DNA from: Alphaproteobacteria bacterium CG11_big_fil_rev_8_21_14_0_20_39_49
GTDB lineage: Bacteria > Pseudomonadota > Alphaproteobacteria > Rickettsiales > UBA6187
Direction: 5' to 3'
Assembly (NCBI GenBank): GCA_002787635.1
Contig: PCXK01000009.1
Location: forward strand, 5,770 to 69,769
DNA length: 64,000 nucleotides
Shown here: piece after piece, positions 61,471 through 64,000 of the stretch
Layout: each line of letters starts with the position of its first letter
Numbering within the stretch: position 1 is the first letter of the stretch
The notes under the pieces: model-generated
The model's input: only the letters and a program-made list of their open reading frames with translations
Databases searched by the model: none
Told to the model about the DNA's origin: nothing
Position numbers and translations under genes: made by a program

Positions 61471-62556
61471 TTACGCCGACTTTTTATTATTCTTTCCTTT
61501 CAGCTTGTAGATATAGCGTATTACTTCAGCAACCGCTTCGTAATGTTTGAACGGAACTTCCTGCTCAAGTTCTACCGATGCATATAACGCCCTTGCCAAA
61601 GGTGCGTTTTCGATTATAGGTACGTTATTTTCCTTTGCTACTTCCTTTATTTTCAGAGCTATAAAATCCATTCCTTTTGCGACAACCACAGGAGCCTGAT
61701 TAACCGCCTCATCATATTTCAGGGCAATAGAATAGTGTGTCGGGTTGGTGATTACCACATCAGCGTCAGGTACGTTCTGCATCATACGGTTTTGTGCTCT
61801 TTTATTCCTTATCTCCCTTAATTTGGCTTTAACTTCAGGACTACCTTCTGTTTGTTTAAACTCGTCCTTAAGGTCACGTTTGGACATCTTGAGGGATTTT
61901 ATATGTTCATATTTCTGGTATAGAAAGTCAATTACTGCAATAACGCTCATAAATGCACATACGCCTATCATCATTTTCGTAGCAAGCTGCAACAGCAAGA
62001 GCATTGTCGCCATAATGCTTTCATTTTGTACATTGATTATCTCGTTTAAGCTTGGATAAACGACAATATAACCTACTACGGCAACCAGTGTTATTTTAAA
62101 AATTCCTTTTAAAAATTCCATAATGCTTCTCATTGAAAAAAGGCGTTTAAGCCCTTTTAATAGCGATATCCTCTCTAGTTTAGGCATAAAAGATTCATGT
62201 GAGAACACTATAGGGTGCTGTATCATGCTTGAAACATATATGATAAGTATAAGTATTGATACGGGCACTATCATAAGGAACAGGACGCTTTTTAGCACTT
62301 GGGTTGAAATGCCCGTAATGCTTTGACTATCTATATGGAAATCATGGGCAGAGCCTATAAAACGAGTCATGTTCAGGGTGGCACGCTCCATAATGGAGGG
62401 AGCCATCCATATCATTATAAGGGCGAACACAACCAGCATCAGCAAGCTGGTTACCTCCCTTGAATGAGGAACCTGCCCTTTTTTAAACGCATCATCAAGG
62501 CGTTTTTGTGTCGGGTCTTCGGTCTTTTGCGAATTATCCTGATCTTCGTCCGGCAT
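61471..62556 (-). CDS. flhB: Flagellar export apparatus protein FlhB
   Basis: QKTEDPTQKRLDDAFKKGQVPHSRE, four TM segments, and the autocleavage motif NPTHYSIALKY. Confidence 0.92.
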   Translation of the reverse strand: MPDEDQDNSQKTEDPTQKRLDDAFKKGQVPHSREVTSLLMLVVFALIMIWMAPSIMERATLNMTRFIGSAHDFHIDSQSITGISTQVLKSVLFLMIVPVSILILIIYVSSMIQHPIVFSHESFMPKLERISLLKGLKRLFSMRSIMEFLKGIFKITLVAVVGYIVVYPSLNEIINVQNESIMATMLLLLQLATKMMIGVCAFMSVIAVIDFLYQKYEHIKSLKMSKRDLKDEFKQTEGSPEVKAKLREIRNKRAQNRMMQNVPDADVVITNPTHYSIALKYDEAVNQAPVVVAKGMDFIALKIKEVAKENNVPIIENAPLARALYASVELEQEVPFKHYEAVAEVIRYIYKLKGKNNKKSA

Positions 62557-62713
62557 GGGCTGAGTTACTATTTTTTATTATAGCTAACAAATATAACTTT
62601 TTTATTTTATTAACTAAAGATATTTTACCGGAATATAATCAAAAAAGGAGTTCCGGAAACAAAACATTGATTATTTAGTAAACATCATTTATTAACAACA
62701 TTCTTTACTTTAA

Positions 62714-62803
62714 GGAGAGGTGGTCGAGTGGCTGAAGGCGCACGCTTGGAAAGCGTGTTTAGGGGCAACTCTAACGTGGGTTCGAATCCCATCCTCTCCG
62801 CCA
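62714..62803 (+). tRNA. tRNA-Ser (anticodon GGA), CCA encoded
   Basis: Acceptor stem ggagagg/cctctcc. Anticodon arm cacgc-ttGGAaa-gcgtg. Long variable arm. T-arm gtggg-ttcgaat-cccat. 3' gCCA. Confidence 0.9.
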
Positions 62804-62978
62804 CTTTATATGCAAACCACCTGAATTTAATAAAGGTTTTTCGCCTTAACCTTAAAAACTCCCACACTCGTTCCCACGTTATACAAGTGCTTAAAATGCG
62901 TATTTAGCAGTATTTTTATTTAGTATAGTAAAAAAACTTCTACAAATTAAATTTTTTCTTAATTTTTACGAAACGGAT

Positions 62979-63596
62979 TTAAAAACCATCAATTAAACCT
63001 AGCTTCTTAGCTGCAAATGTCATTGAGGCATTATCGTAATATTCCATTTCTTCCATAAGCCTATTATAGGTTTTCCAGTGCATGCCTTTAGGCTTTTTTA
63101 CATAATCCATGGTGCAACCACTACCGCCAAGTTTTCTATGGATATTTTGAGCTTTTGTTAGCATGCGGTAATGCATGCCATCATTTTGACTATCATAAGC
63201 AAGGTTATAGCAATGACGACACGCAAATATTTTACCGCCATATAAAACGCCTACACGCCTTCCACACCCCTTCGCAGGGCAAATAAACCACCAACGCTTA
63301 CCTCCATAATTAGGTGAGGTAGTTGTTAAGTGAACCTTATAATCATATTCTTGATCTGAATTTTTATTAGTATATCTTAACCTCAAATATGACGAACCTG
63401 AAGTTAATGTATTTGACGTGTAACTTATTGAAGAAGTTACTTCACCACTTCTTAACCATTGCCAACTACCGATTTTATGCTTTGATTCACCGACAATACC
63501 TTCTTCCACAAGTCTTTTCATATTCAAATTATTATAGTCACTTATGGTATCTTTCTTGCTCCATCTGTACCAACTTCCTGAACCTGAACCGCCCAT
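62979..63596 (-). CDS. Hypothetical protein with a zinc-ribbon-like Cys4 motif
   Basis: 205 aa. WWFICPAKGCGRRVGVLYGGKIFACRHCYNLAYDSQ (CxxxxC...CxxC). I remember this pattern from uncharacterised proteins in mobile-element contexts. Confidence 0.45.
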   Translation of the reverse strand: MGGSGSGSWYRWSKKDTISDYNNLNMKRLVEEGIVGESKHKIGSWQWLRSGEVTSSISYTSNTLTSGSSYLRLRYTNKNSDQEYDYKVHLTTTSPNYGGKRWWFICPAKGCGRRVGVLYGGKIFACRHCYNLAYDSQNDGMHYRMLTKAQNIHRKLGGSGCTMDYVKKPKGMHWKTYNRLMEEMEYYDNASMTFAAKKLGLIDGF

Positions 63597-63647
63597 AATT
63601 TTTTATCTCCATCTTTTTACCGAAATAATTAGCTAATGTAGTTTTGC

Positions 63648-63722
63648 GTCATTACCCGAATTTTGTGTAACAAAATTCGGGTAATCCGGTTAAATTGACA
63701 GAGATTCCCCTATAATTTACTA
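63648..63722. repeat. Family C-related palindromic repeat fragment
   Basis: gtcattacccgaattttgt-gtaac-aaaattcgggtaatc hairpin followed by gattcccctataatttacta, which resembles the right part of the 55079-55220 element. Confidence 0.4.
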
Positions 63723-63740
63723 TAAATTTAGCAGTAAGTG

Positions 63741-64000
63741 TTATGGACTAACTTCGATAATAGTAATAGTAGCACCATTTCCTACTTGTGTAACCCTGCT
63801 GGAATTGAAATCTCCGATCTGCTCCTTGTTTATGGTATTTCCATTACCGTATTGAAGGTCGGCAGAGCTGTTAAAGTCGCCCTCCTGACTCAAATTGTTG
63901 GTATTGCCATCACCTTCTTGAACCTGAATAGCAACGTTGCCGTAACCCATTGAAACAACTTCGGCAATGTTAAAATTGCCGTTTTGATATTGACCGGCAT
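63741..64000 (-). CDS. Curlin-repeat (CsgA/CsgB-like) protein, C-terminal part (5' end beyond the window)
   Basis: Hand extension of the track ORF shows the frame stays open to position 64000: AGQYQNGNFNIAEVVSMGYGNVAIQVQEGDGNTNNLSQEGDFNSSADLQYGNGNTINKEQIGDFNSSRVTQVGNGATITIIEVSP. It has an 11-residue G-[DNY]-[GF]-N-x5-Q periodicity. Confidence 0.55.
   Translation of the reverse strand, partial: AGQYQNGNFNIAEVVSMGYGNVAIQVQEGDGNTNNLSQEGDFNSSADLQYGNGNTINKEQIGDFNSSRVTQVGNGATITIIEVSP

Noticed and set aside
62685-62867. 60-aa minus-strand ORF from the track
   Set aside because: It lies entirely across the tRNA-Ser(GGA) gene (62714-62803) on the opposite strand, so it is an artefact of the tRNA sequence.
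62804-63740. Prophage or integrative island boundary at tRNA-Ser
   Set aside because: No integrase and no repeat of the tRNA 3' end is visible in the 1.2 kb available. I kept it only as a low-interest hypothesis, not a feature.
63738-63953. 71-aa plus-strand ORF overlapping the curlin-like gene
   Set aside because: The minus-strand frame shows a regular 11-residue curlin-type periodicity and stays open to the window edge. The plus-strand translation has no such structure.

Overview
AT-rich, densely coding chromosomal segment. From gene content I infer an alphaproteobacterium with an intracellular or symbiotic lifestyle (Rickettsiales/Holosporales-like). The supporting genes are VirB/VirD4 type IV secretion genes, DUF1013 and DUF2336 proteins, mdh-sucC-sucD, the pyrH-frr-uppS-cdsA-dxr string, isolated flagellar export genes flhA and flhB, and many small palindromic MITE-like repeats. 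The housekeeping backbone is interrupted by envelope and secretion modules. (1) 1-6958: a chaperone-usher-like cluster with two DUF4402 subunits, preceded by a 747-aa secreted multi-repeat protein. (2) 19100-22123: a 1007-aa pilin fused to ten four-cysteine Sushi/CCP-like modules and a LamG-like C-terminal domain. (3) A T4SS split and permuted into virB8-B9-B10 (24.4-27.5 kb) and virB11-virD4 (35.7-38.5 kb). (4) 42.7-47.9 kb: two paralogous 326-aa pilins, a prepilin-peptidase homologue that appears to lack both catalytic Asp residues, and a lipoprotein secretin. (5) A divergent ClpS-like ORF in front of clpA. (6) A 637-aa P-loop (zeta-toxin-like) protein with a duplicated C-terminal module. 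(7) A curlin-repeat gene fragment at the right edge. There is one tRNA-Ser(GGA). I saw no rRNA, CRISPR array, transposase or integrase ORF. All homology calls come from reading the supplied translations and my own hand translation. No database search was run.
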